Assembly (NCBI GenBank): GCA_002269645.1
Contig: NIVC01000162.1
Span: 310,001 to 374,000 of the forward strand
Source of the DNA: Macrostomum lignano
Lineage: Eukaryota
DNA length: 64,000 nucleotides
Direction: 5' to 3'
The notes beneath the pieces were generated by a model. It was given only the letters and a program-made list of their open reading frames with translations, made no database searches and was not told where the DNA came from. A program made the position numbers and the translations under genes. Below, piece after piece: positions 34,766-45,837 of this stretch (its first letter is position 1; each line of letters opens with the position of its first letter).

Positions 34766-35087
34766 TTAGATTAATTGACGGCGAGCAAGTTCTTGGTCAG
34801 TTGAGTATGATTGTGATTGAGTTAAAGTTCACAATGAATTTCCAGAGAGGAATAATGGGAGCAAGGAGATGTTTCTCTCTCTCTCAATATGTGCAGGTTC
34901 GGGAAAAGGATTCTCAAGGCAAATACCTGATTGGCTTCCCAAACGGCTGCTATGGCAATAAAAAACTCGAATGAATTCTTCCAGGTAATATTATCCCCAG
35001 CTAGGATAATAGCTTATTGTGACCGGCAGCTCAAATAACGAATTCAGTCCTCAGTCCTCAGTGCTCAGGCGAAACCAAACACCCGCT

Positions 35088-36230
35088 ATGAACAACCTGA
35101 CCTTGAAAGCGGTGAAAATCGGGTACGTGGAGAGTGCCATGCAGATTGTCAGGGACTGCCAGAGCGGAGACCCGTCCAGGTACCTCTTCTGCGTCATGTC
35201 TCACGTTATCGGCTCCGTGTCGGCCGTCCTGCTGCCAATCGTCGTTGTAGTCGGCACGCTGGGAAACATGATCGTGGCCCACGTCATGCTGAACCGCCTG
35301 AAGCCCCTCACCCGCCAGAATCTGTACCTGGGCTGCATCGCGATCGCCGATATTCTCAGCCTCGTCGTGATCGGAGTCTTCAACGGGTTTCTCACTAAGG
35401 GCCTGCCCTGGCTTACCAGAGGCCAATTCGGATTTTTCAGCTACAACCTGAGCGACGCCATGTGCAAGGTGTCTCGATACGCTCTGAACTTCTGCCACGT
35501 GCTGTCCTGCATGTGGATGCTGGTGCTGGTCACTGACCGAGTGCTGGTTGTACACCGACCGCTAGCCATGAAGAAGGTCGGGCTGCGCTGGGCGGCGAGG
35601 GCTCTGGCTGGAACACTCGTTCTGTCCGCTGTGATCGCCCTGCCGAACGGCATTCTGGTGGGTCACCAGACAGTCACCATGCATGACGGCACCATCCTCA
35701 TCTTCTGCTACCACCTGCACGAGACGCAGCTGTTCATGCTCGGCTACACGACATCGATGTCGAATCCGCCTCTGGTGTTCATCCTGCTGATGCTGGGCCT
35801 CAACTGCTTCCTGCTATCGCGGGTGGTTGCCGCAGTCCGGAAGCGTCGCATTCTGCAGAATCGCTCCGGCATCAACGCGCAGGACAGCAGCAGGAAGGAG
35901 TTATCAGGCACGGTGATCGTGCTTATCTTGGCCATTCTCTATCTCCTACTGCACACTCCTCTGCTGGTGAGTCGGCCCGCCATTGAAGTGTCGCTTTTCC
36001 TCCTGGACATGGCGGACAATTTGGACTTCCTCACTCTGCTGGCCAACCTCTTCTACTCCAGCTTGGTGATCAGTCTGATCAACCAGAGTCTCAACTTTTT
36101 TGTGCTTATGCGTCGCAGCCAACCGTTCAAGCAGTGCGTGTCGGCGGCGCTCTGCTGCGCCAGGAACAAAAGACCGAGGCGGTCAACATCTGAAATTGAG
36201 ATGGGCACCGTCACTGCTAGTGCGCTGTGA
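35088..36230 (+). CDS. Intronless class A (rhodopsin-like) orphan GPCR, paralog 1, 380 aa; peptide-receptor/srw-like
   Basis: Seven hydrophobic segments; TM1 GxLGN, TM2 LxxxAIAD, ECL1/TM3 Cys (MCK), DRY-equivalent VTDRV, TM5 NPP, TM6 LLHTP, TM7 NQSLNFFV. First ATG in the ORF is at 35088. Confidence 0.9.
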   Translation: MNNLTLKAVKIGYVESAMQIVRDCQSGDPSRYLFCVMSHVIGSVSAVLLPIVVVVGTLGNMIVAHVMLNRLKPLTRQNLYLGCIAIADILSLVVIGVFNGFLTKGLPWLTRGQFGFFSYNLSDAMCKVSRYALNFCHVLSCMWMLVLVTDRVLVVHRPLAMKKVGLRWAARALAGTLVLSAVIALPNGILVGHQTVTMHDGTILIFCYHLHETQLFMLGYTTSMSNPPLVFILLMLGLNCFLLSRVVAAVRKRRILQNRSGINAQDSSRKELSGTVIVLILAILYLLLHTPLLVSRPAIEVSLFLLDMADNLDFLTLLANLFYSSLVISLINQSLNFFVLMRRSQPFKQCVSAALCCARNKRPRRSTSEIEMGTVTASAL

Positions 36231-36271
36231 GCACGTGACGCATAGGGTAGCGGAGGAAGCATTGACCGATC

Positions 36272-37365
36272 CAGGGCCGCCTTAACTGTCGGGGCAGAAA
36301 GTCTGATGGCGGGTCATTACTGGCCTGATTTCTAGTGTAACACTGGACGCTACTTTCTAATTCCCGGATGTTGTAGCAAGCTGCCCTAAAATTCCCGGAT
36401 GTTGTATCACTGGCCGCTGCCCTAAAATTCCCGGATGTTGTATCACTGGCCGCTGCCCGAAAATTCCCGGATGTTTTATCACTGGACGCTACTTTCTAAT
36501 TCCCGATCCCCGGATGTTGTATCACTGGACGCTACTTTCTAATTCCCGGATTTTGTAACACTGGCCGCTACTTTCTAATTCCCGGATGTTGTATCACTGA
36601 CCGCTAATTTCTAATTCCCGGATGTTGTGACACTGGACGCTACTTTCTAATTCCCGGATGTTGTAACATTTGCCGCTGCCCTCCAATTCCCGGATGTTGT
36701 AACATTTGCCGCTGCCCTCCAATTCCCGGATGTTGTATCACTGGCCGCTGCCCTAAAATTCCCGGATGTTGTATCACTGACCGCTAATTTCTAATTCCCG
36801 GATGTTGTGACACTGGACGCTACTTTCTAATTCCCGGATGTTGTAACATTTGCCGCTGCCCTCCAATTCCCGGATGTTGTAACATTTGCCGCTGCCCTCC
36901 AATTCCCGGATGTTGTAACATTTGCCGCTGTAATTCCCGGATGTTGTAACACTGGACGCTACTTTCTAATTCCCGGATGTTGTAACACTGGACGCTACCA
37001 GTACTTTCTAATTCCCGGATGTTGTAACACTGGACGCTGCCCTAAAATTCCCGGATGTTGTATCACTGACCGCTAATTTCTAATTCCCGGATGTTGTGAC
37101 ACTGGACGCTACTTTCTAATTCCCGGATGTTGTAACATTTGCCGCTGCCCTCCAATTCCCGGATGTTGTAACATTTGCCGCTGCCCTCCAATTCCCGGAT
37201 GTTGTAACATTTGCCGCTGTAATTCCCGGATGTTGTAATACTGGACGCTGCTTTCTAATTCCCGGATTTTGTATCACTGGCCGCTGCCCTAAAATTTCCG
37301 GATGTTGTCACACTGGACGCTACTTTCTAATTCCCGGATGTTGTAACACTGGACGCTGCCCCCTA
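36272..37365. mobile_element. hAT-like MITE terminus followed by a 30-36-bp minisatellite with higher-order blocks
   Basis: cagggccgccttaac at 36272; array aattcccggatgttgtaacactggacgctactttct over ~36330-37365, with a 180-bp block repeated at 36601 and 36781. The array is certain; the MITE origin is inferred. Confidence 0.5.
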
Positions 37366-37986
37366 ATTACCAGATATAACACTGGTCGAAATTAGTAGCT
37401 AAAATGTTCCTAAAGGTTTGTGAAGCAAACTCCGGTTAAAAAGTAAAGCTGATTTTTTTTGGCAAAGCTGCTCCTAGCATAGAGATTGGACAACTGATTC
37501 AACAAATTGTTTTGCAAGAATAGAAATCGGCAGACATCAAAAGGGGCTCGCTTTTATTTTCAATAACCATTGTTTTTTTTGAATGAAAGGAGACTAAATT
37601 TTTTGCTCCTAGAAACATTTTTTATTAGAAAAAAACTAAAATCGGTTTTGAACAAGACCCTTGTTTAGCCCCTCAGTGCCTGTCGCCTTTGTCTGCTGAT
37701 CAGAGGCAGGTCTCTCCGCCTACCGCCCGCCACACGAAGGAGATGGTCCGCCATTTTTAGCAGCTACATCTAAACGCTCACACGATTGCCATCATGGATT
37801 TGAGTGGTTTTCAGATTCGCAGGTTTTTTATCGAATATTTGCATTCCACCCAACCCCCACCTGTGTGTACTTTAAAGCAGATCTCTGACACGAACACGGA
37901 CAACTCAAGCGCTGCACTCGCGAGTTGTGCAAATTTCGCTGAGCTCCATTTTTCCTTAAATAGTAATAATATTAATACGAGCTAAC

Positions 37987-38276
37987 AATAATAATTGATT
38001 ACACCTGCCCTAATCGGCAGATCTGCAAGCGACCGCTCAGCCGCAGCTATTGCGCGGCGCATCTGAAGGCTGCGTACGGCTGTTCAGTCCAGGGACTGGG
38101 GGGTCACCACATACACACTCAATTACCCCAGCTTATGCTGGCACCCATTTTACAGCTGGGTGAACTGAAGCAATGCAGAGTTAAGTGTCTTGCTCAACAA
38201 ATTGTTCCGAGTGGATCGAGAATCGAACCTCCGACCTTTCAGTCGACAGTGGGGAGTCTCTAACCACTAGAGCCAT
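37987..38276 (-). mobile_element. tRNA-derived SINE, near full-length copy
   Basis: Reverse complement of the 33429-33727 element, including tail, body and A/B boxes. Confidence 0.88.
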
Positions 38277-38514
38277 AATCATGGACAACTCTAGTTGTCC
38301 ATGGCCATAATAACCCTGTGAGATATGAGATAAATCTCAGTTCTGTCTCTCTAGGGAATTTTAATTCAAACGAATTTGTCTATGGCTAAACCCCATTCAG
38401 CGCTGTGCAAAAGAAGAAAATGTTTGCAAAATCCGTTTAGAAAACACAAATTCTGTATTTTAAGCTTTGTCCTTCTTCAATAATACTTTTTCAACTTTTC
38501 GACTACAGACTAAA

Positions 38515-39135
38515 ACTGTAACATGAAAACTTGAGACTGTAACATGCAGATTTCAGCCTGTAAACTTGAGACTGTAATCTGTAGATTTTAGCCTGTAAGC
38601 TTGAGACTGTAACCTGTAGATTTTAGCCTGCAAGCTTGAGACTGTAACCTGTAGATTTTAGCCTGTAAGCTTGAGACTGTAACCTGTAGATTTTAGCCTG
38701 TAAGCTTGAGACTGTAACCTGTAGATTTTAGCCTGTAAGCTTGAGACTGTAACCTGTAGATTTTAGCCTGTAAGCTTGAGACTGTAACCTGTAGATTTTA
38801 GCCTGTAAGCTTGAGACTGTAACCTGTAGATTTTAGCCTGTAAGCTTGAGACTGTAATCTGTAGATTTTAGCCTGTAAGCTTGAGACTGTAACCTGTAGA
38901 TTTTAGCCTGTAAGCTTGAGACTGTAACCTGTAGATTTTAGCCTGTAAGCTTGAGACTGTAACCTGTAGATTTTAGCCTGTAAGCTTGAGACTGTAACCT
39001 GTAGATTTTAGCCTGTAAGCTTGAGACTGTAATCTGTAGATTTTAGCCTGTAAGCTTGAGACTGTAATTTGTAGATTTTAGCCTGTAAACTTGAGACTGT
39101 AATCTGTATATTTTAGCCTATAAACTTTAGAGTGT
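38515..39135. repeat. 35-bp minisatellite, ~16 copies
   Basis: Unit gcctgtaagcttgagactgtaacctgtagatttta. Confidence 0.97.
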
Positions 39136-40632
39136 AGCTTGTAAACTTTAGAGTGTTTACTTAATACAGCCTCAGACTGTATCTTGTATCAGACCAACTG
39201 AAGCATGTAAATGGTCGAGCTTGTGTACTGTGAGCTACATTTCACACATTGAAGAATTTCTAATTCGGACAATATCCCACTTACAAACTAGTCAGCGCTT
39301 TTAGTCTGCACATTTTCTAAGCACATGATTACCGGCTGAGACTTATTGACTTTGCCAGCAAAGAGTTGCCAGTTTACTTAGGGAACTTGCCATGATGGCC
39401 TCTAATGTTACAAAAAGTGATTCTGTTTGCTAAAAATACACAGCCTCTGCCACTTGCTGAACACATTGCTAGGTGATTTACAAATTGCCTTTCCTGCAAC
39501 TTTCTAATGCAATAATGGCTGCATCAAATATAATTTTACAATTGGTTCGGCTCTGCTCTGCTCTTAGCAAACATTTAATGAATGTAGGAGTGCGTGCACA
39601 CTGCAGCCAAACAGGTCCTGAATCGTTGTTCATCATCTGAGCGACGGAGATGATGATGGTGATTACCTGGCAGGTGGAGGATGGGCCACTAGAAGAGAAG
39701 CACGAACTTCTTCATGTCGACTTAAAGGTCAGTGGCTGCTGAGACCGATTCCAGCGTTTTGTGCTTTTATATCCTAAATTTTACGGGCTCGTAGCTCTTG
39801 AGCAATGGAGCATTCCATCTGGTTTATTAGGAAAGTGGTTTGAGTATTTTGATGTAATCTACTTTTCACTCTGAAGAAATGTGCCCATGGTCCATCAACT
39901 GCATGAGACGTGGCATGCACTGATATTGCAATATTTCAAACAGTATATATTCCTCTCAAAGAGATGTTCTCAACTACTTTAACGTAGAATAAAATTGTGC
40001 TCAAATTAAACCGAAACTGCAAGTGCGACCGCTCCACTGCCTGTGTGTTTATTGCGGGTGCATGTAAAAAAACCATGCCTTACATGGGCTACGAAATGTA
40101 TGCAGATTAATAACTGTCTAAACTGGCAGAGTGACTTGATTGTCGACAGATTAGCGAATATCGGCGAGCAGATGGAGCTACTAAATCACAGACTAAACAG
40201 GTGCGGTTCAGGTTGGGATAATTTTTTTTAAATATTGTTAGTTAGCTTTGAAAAATCTCAAATTTTTAGAAAAAATCCTTTATAAAATTATTTGAATTCG
40301 TGCATCCATAAAGGTAATCAAGCGACTCAAGTGTGACAATAGAAAGCAGTAGTACGATCTCACAGTGCGATAAAATAGTTGAAAATATACGCGAATGGTG
40401 ACATAACAACACAAAACTACGGCCTAATAGCGTGTAACCTGACTCTCAATATAGTCAAAACAAAACTATCAGTAATATGTTCGTGCAAACTCATGTCCAA
40501 TAAAAATTCACTCATTTTTAGTCTTTCAAATATCTCATCAATGTCGTACACTCGTCCTTTCACAGAACACAACATCCTCAGTAGCGGGAAGTCCGCCAGT
40601 CTTCTCCGCCCTCCTGTCGCAACCTCATATCA

Positions 40633-41778
40633 TCAGTTTACCGTTCCACTGGCCGTCGGCTGGTCTGTGTCGGACCTGGACTGCAAGTCTTTGCCAGCAG
40701 AGCAGCAGAACATGGCGAGAACGCATCTCTTGAAGGACTGGCTGCGGCGCATCAGCACGAAGAAGGTGAGGCTCTGGCTGACTACGCTGAACACGAGGGT
40801 CATGAAGAACAGGTCGGCCAGCAGTATAATGTAGTCCAGGTGAGTGGCCGTGTCCAGCACGAACTGGGAAATCTCCAGCAGCATCCGGCAGGCCAGCAGC
40901 GGGGCGTGCAGCGCCAGGTAGATTACGGCCAGGATCACCACAATGATGGTGCCGGAGATCTCCTTCGGATATTTCTGCTTCTGCGACTCTCCGCCGCCGG
41001 CGCCGAGAGACGACATGCTGCGGCGTTTGCGCACCGCGGCAGCCACGCGGGTGAGCAGGAAGCAGTCCAGAGCCAGGATCAACAGGATGATCAGCAGCGG
41101 CGGGTTGGACATCGCCGAGGTGTACACCATCATGAACAGCTGGTAATCTGGCAGGTGCGAGCACAGGATCACAGTCACCCCGTCTGGCCGGTACAGCAGG
41201 TGGTGCCCGGTAAGAAAACCGTTCGGCAGGGCGATCGCAGCGGACAGAACGAGTGTTCCAGCCAGAGCCCTCGCCGCCCAGCGCAGCCCGACCTTCTTCA
41301 TGGCCAGCGGTCGGTGAACAACCAGCACTCGGTCAGTGACCAGCACCAGCATCCACATACAGGACAGCACGTGGCAGAAGTTCAGAGCGTATCGAGACAC
41401 CTTGCACATGGCGTCGCTCAGGTTGTAGCTGAAAAATCCGAATTGGCCTCTAGTGAGCCAGGGCAGGCCCTTGACAAGGAACCCGTTGAAGACTCCGATC
41501 ACGACGAGGCTGAGAATATCGGCGATCGCGTTGCAGCCCAGGTACAGATTCTGGCGAGTGAGCGGTCGCTGGCGCTTCAGCATGACGTGGGCGATGACGA
41601 TGTTGCCCAGAACTCCAATGAAAAATATGATGGGGAGCAGTACGCCCGATACGGAGCCCGTGATGTTTGACTGGATGCACTGCATGTACCTTGATGGGTC
41701 ACCACTTAGGCAGTCTTGGACCATCCGGAATGCATTGGCTGAGTAGACAATTCGCGCCTCTTTGCCAGTGCCGTTCAT
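40633..41778 (-). CDS. Intronless class A orphan GPCR, paralog 2, 381 aa
   Basis: Same motifs as paralog 1; ATG (MNGTGKE) at 41778. Confidence 0.9.
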   Translation of the reverse strand: MNGTGKEARIVYSANAFRMVQDCLSGDPSRYMQCIQSNITGSVSGVLLPIIFFIGVLGNIVIAHVMLKRQRPLTRQNLYLGCNAIADILSLVVIGVFNGFLVKGLPWLTRGQFGFFSYNLSDAMCKVSRYALNFCHVLSCMWMLVLVTDRVLVVHRPLAMKKVGLRWAARALAGTLVLSAAIALPNGFLTGHHLLYRPDGVTVILCSHLPDYQLFMMVYTSAMSNPPLLIILLILALDCFLLTRVAAAVRKRRSMSSLGAGGGESQKQKYPKEISGTIIVVILAVIYLALHAPLLACRMLLEISQFVLDTATHLDYIILLADLFFMTLVFSVVSQSLTFFVLMRRSQSFKRCVLAMFCCSAGKDLQSRSDTDQPTASGTVN

Positions 41779-41865
41779 GATGGCTGTTTCTGGGACCAAA
41801 CAGGTGGGGCAAGTGACGTTTTCTGATGATTTTCATATGGTCTTTCTTGGAGCTTCTAGTATCAA

Positions 41866-42215
41866 ATTGTAGCTTCCACTGCCTCATCTTGTAGCTTACA
41901 CTGCCTCATCTTGTAGCTTCCACTGCCTCATCTTGTAGTTTCCACTGCCTCATCTTGTAGCTTACACTGCCTCATCTTGTAGCTTCCACTGCCTCATCTT
42001 GTAGCTTACACTGCCTCATCTTGTAGCTTCCACTGCCTCATCTTGTAGTTTCCACTGCCTCATCTTGTAGCTTACACTGCCTCATCTTGTAGCTTCCACT
42101 GCCTCATCTTGTAGCTTACACTGCCTCATCTTGTAGCTTACACTGCCTCATCTTGTAGCTTCCACTGCCTCATCTTGTAGCTTACACTGCCTCATCTTGT
42201 AGCTTACACTGCCTC
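41866..42215. repeat. 22-bp minisatellite just upstream of GPCR-2
   Basis: Unit ttgtagcttccactgcctcatc. Confidence 0.96.
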
Positions 42216-43029
42216 CATCGAACCTGGACAGCAAACCTTTGTCTCTGTCATCAGAACTTGGATTTCTCAGGAGTTCATTAACTACATGTAAGACAATTCA
42301 ATGAGTGCAAAAATAGCGAGAATGGGACTCACTTTGTCGCGCGCTGCTCAGGGTCCTGCGATACTTTTTAGCGCTCGGGAAATATTCGAGCGGTCCATTA
42401 GCAATAGATGCTCGGAATTTAAATAGGCCTGCATCTTGACTGGGGATTTGTCACCTGAGAGCAGCTCGCTTGTCACACCTCATCTCTCTCCAATCAGTTT
42501 GAATCAAAGAGGAGAAGTCTACATGTGAGCGCTAATCGCTTCAAAATAAAAGCTTTTATCATCACTCCTAAGCCTGTAAAAATAAATATCCTTCTTAACG
42601 TCAGCGCAAGCTTGAGTGGTTGCTTTTTGATTGACAGTGGATGTCTTAACTAACCGGGCTGGTGTTATTGTTCGATTCGGTTTTTCTGTTAGCAACAATG
42701 CAGTTGTTGGGCATCAATGCTTGAAAAATTATCGAGTTAAAGCGACGCTCGGATACCGATACTCTAAAAAGTATGGACGATAGGTGATCGATGGTAGGAT
42801 TTGAACATTTGAGTATCGATCGATACTTTAGTCCGATATTAACATGGTTGGCTACGGGGCGGGCAGCTGGCTCAGTTTCTCTCTCCCCCGCGCGGTGTGA
42901 TTGGCTGTTATGGGGTAGAGCCCGTCGGAAGGGGTTGTGGTGGGCTGGAGCTGCCTTGCAGCCCTATCTCTCTCTCCCCTCCGCGTGTGCCGGGCCGGCT
43001 GTTTAGGCAGTCGCGCCGCACTCTGGGTC

Positions 43030-45300
43030 TGTGTTTACAGACTTTCTAGCTCATGCTTCGTCTAATTCTGGTTGCCAACTTGCCCTCGGCCTTGACGACT
43101 TTTTCGTCAAGCGCGACCGCTGTTTTTCGTTACTTGTACGAAAAAAAGCCGACATAGGTTGCTTAAATTGCTACAACCTCAGCTACAACCATTGCTGGTT
43201 GCCAGAGAGCCTCCTGCTCTTACCCCCACATCTACAAAGTGAAGGGCTGTGGGCGGCAGCATCCTGCCCATCAGCACCAACATCCTGCTCAACTGCTCCA
43301 GCGCGGTCCTGATGACTCGCAGCCAATGCAGGAGACAAAAAACTGAGTGAATCTTATAGTGCTTTTAATCCTCCGCGTCAACCAAATTTTAACTCCTCTG
43401 CTGGTGATTTGAAGGCTTCCGCTTGGGAGAAACTGTTGCATAACGACCCCGACAAGCAGTATTTGATGAATGGTATTGTTCACGGCTTTCGTCTGGTTAA
43501 TAATAAGCAGCCTAATATTACTACTCTGAGAGATAATTACGCATCCGCTAGCCAGAATGCCGCCAAGGTGGAAGCTCAGCTTCTGGATGAGCTTCGGCTA
43601 GGCCGCTACACCATTACTCAGGAGCCTGTAAAAGTGAACCCAATTGGTGCCTTGCCTAAAGCCAACGGGAAAGTCCGCCCCATTCACGATCTGTCTGCTC
43701 CGCTCGGCGACTCTGTTAATGACTACTATCAGCAGGAGAAAGGCATCCGTTTTGGCTCCGTTCGAGAATTCAAAAAGCATTTAAAGCCCGGTTCCTTCAT
43801 GGACAAAGTGGATTTGAAAGATGCCTACAGGTCCGTCGCCATCAGTCCTGATGACCATTGTCTCACTGGTTTGAAGTGGCGCTTTCTAAGCCAGGACTGC
43901 GAGACTGCGATGTTCGACACCAGGCTGCCTTTCGGTTCGCGCGCCTCCTGTGAGATTTTTCACCGGCTCTCATCAGCGGTGAGACGCCACATGGTGCGGT
44001 GCGATTTTCATGCCACCGTCAACTACCTGGACGATTGGGCCATCGCAGCTGACACGGAGAGCGGGGCCCGGCGGGCCTATTGATTTTCTGACTAGTCTGC
44101 TGCAGTCGCTGGGGTTCACTATTAACTGGGATAAGTCGACTCAACCTGTGCAACAGTTGGTTTTCTGGGAATAAGCATCGATACGCGCAAGGGCACGATG
44201 AGTCTTCCTGCTGACAAAGCCAGTGAGATCGACAGCCTGCTGAGGGACTGCGGCCGCATGCAGACCATTCGCCTCAAGACTATGCAGAAGCTGGTGGGAA
44301 AGCTCGGCTGGCTGTGTCAAATCAATGGCGGCCTTTCCTTGGGCCGCTGATTGCCTCCATGGACTATGACTGCAAGGCTACAATTTTAGTTACGTCCGAG
44401 CTGAAAATGCATCTGGATTGGTGGCGGGAAGCGCTGGACTGGTTGCCGCCTAGTAGTCTATGGCCAAACTACCAGCAGCTCGCAGCGATCGAGTCTGGCA
44501 GCTGCACCAAAGGTGCGGCAGGCATTCTGAGGACCTCAACTGTCACTGACTGGGTCTACATCAACTGGGAGAGAGACTTTAATGACCAGTTCATGAATTT
44601 ACACATCAACTTCAAGGAAGCCATGGCTCTGCTGTTGACTGTTTTAAAGTTTCGCTCGACTCTGGTCAACACCAGGGTTGTGGTGTACTCTGATAGTACC
44701 GCCGCTGTCGGCATGATAAAGCGCCTGTCCTGCAGTCATCCCGATCTCCTTCGGATCTATCAAACTGTGGCTTTGTTGTCCATTCGTGATGGTATTTGTA
44801 TTGAAGCTTATCACCTGCCGGGTCGTATGCAAATTTCTAGTGACGCTGCGTCTCGTATGCTCGGTTCACGTGCTGAATTGCTCAACTTTTGCTTTCGTTT
44901 TTATGGTCACATCTGCCTTTTGCCTGACAATTTTGCCATGCACGCGCTCTCAGTGTCTTCTCGCGCCGCCCTCCGCTTTCAGGTCGCCTCCGCTCTCGGG
45001 ACGGGCCGCCCCAGAAGGCAGTCTCCGCCGGTCTGCTCTGCCGCCTCGCCCTCGCAGATAGTTCCTGGAAATCCTACTGCAGCCAATTCAAGGCCTGGCG
45101 TGCGTTCTGTGATCAGGCGGGCATCGGTCCGACCACCGCCAGCGAGAGCGACCTGTGCCAGTACGTCGTCCACCTGGTGCAATCACGAATTAGCGCCTTC
45201 TCAGCCCTGCGGTCCTACATCAATGTCGTCTCGGTGCTCCACCAGCTGGCCGGCTCGCCAGACCCAGCTGCAGTGCATTTTGCAGCGAAAACTATGTAGC
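43030..45300 (+). mobile_element. Decayed Ngaro/DIRS-type tyrosine-recombinase retrotransposon (gag remnant, RT, RNase H, truncated YR)
   Basis: RT: WEKLLHNDPDKQYLMNGIVHGFRL...RPIHDLS...KVDLKDAYRSV...RLPFG...NYLDDW (43409-44083). It continues through frameshifts (LGFTINWDKS..P, LGISIDT, KLVGKLGW). DIRS-type RNase H: HINFKEAMA...VYSDSTAAV...HLPG...DAASR (44314-44860). Overlapping YR N-terminus: LADSSWKSY...WRAFC...ALRSYINVVSVLHQLAGSPDP (45045-45265), then abrupt loss. Confidence 0.88.
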
Positions 45301-45516
45301 AGTCTCCAGTGAAATTTGCAGGATTTGAAAGCGCAAGCGTCCTTATAATGTAGTTCTCCAAGCCTCATATTCGTGTGCTTGTGTCTGTACAGTGGGTATC
45401 GCTGACTGCAAACTGACTGTCGTCCTGATTTGCCCTAAGTGCCCAAAAGCATCTCAGCAAACCATGCTACTACAAGTAGTGCAGTGTAACCTAATTTCAT
45501 CACTCTCTGAACTTAC

Positions 45517-45837
45517 CTCTGCGGCTCATGGAGGTTTGCTGAGATGTCAAGGTTCATGAGTAGATTGCTGAAATGCTGCGGCTCATGGAGGTTTGCTGAG
45601 ATGGCAAGGTTCATGAGTAGATTGCTGAAATGCTGCGGCTCATGGGGGTTTGCTGATATGTCAAGGTTCATGAGTAGATTGCTGAAATGCTGCGGCTCAT
45701 GGGGGTTTGCTGATATGTCAAGGTTCATGAGTAGATTGCTGAAATGCTGCGGCTCATGGGGGTTTGCTGATATGTCAAGGTTCATGAGTAGATTGCTGAA
45801 ATGCTGTGGCTCATGGGGGTTTGCTGATATGTCAAGA
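45517..45837. repeat. 57-bp minisatellite, ~5.5 copies
   Basis: Unit ctgcggctcatgggggtttgctgatatgtcaaggttcatgagtagattgctgaaatg. Confidence 0.95.

Noticed and set aside
39662-39675. ttacctggcagg (also cttacctggc at ~21345), like the U1 snRNA 5' end
   Set aside because: The match is limited to 10-12 nt, equal to the complement of a 5' splice site, with no U1 body or Sm site.
40840-41670. 276-aa ORF antisense to GPCR-2 (and similar antisense ORFs over GPCR-1/3, PEX13, PCBP, PHKA)
   Set aside because: Shadow ORFs expected from GC-rich codon usage; no recognisable motifs.
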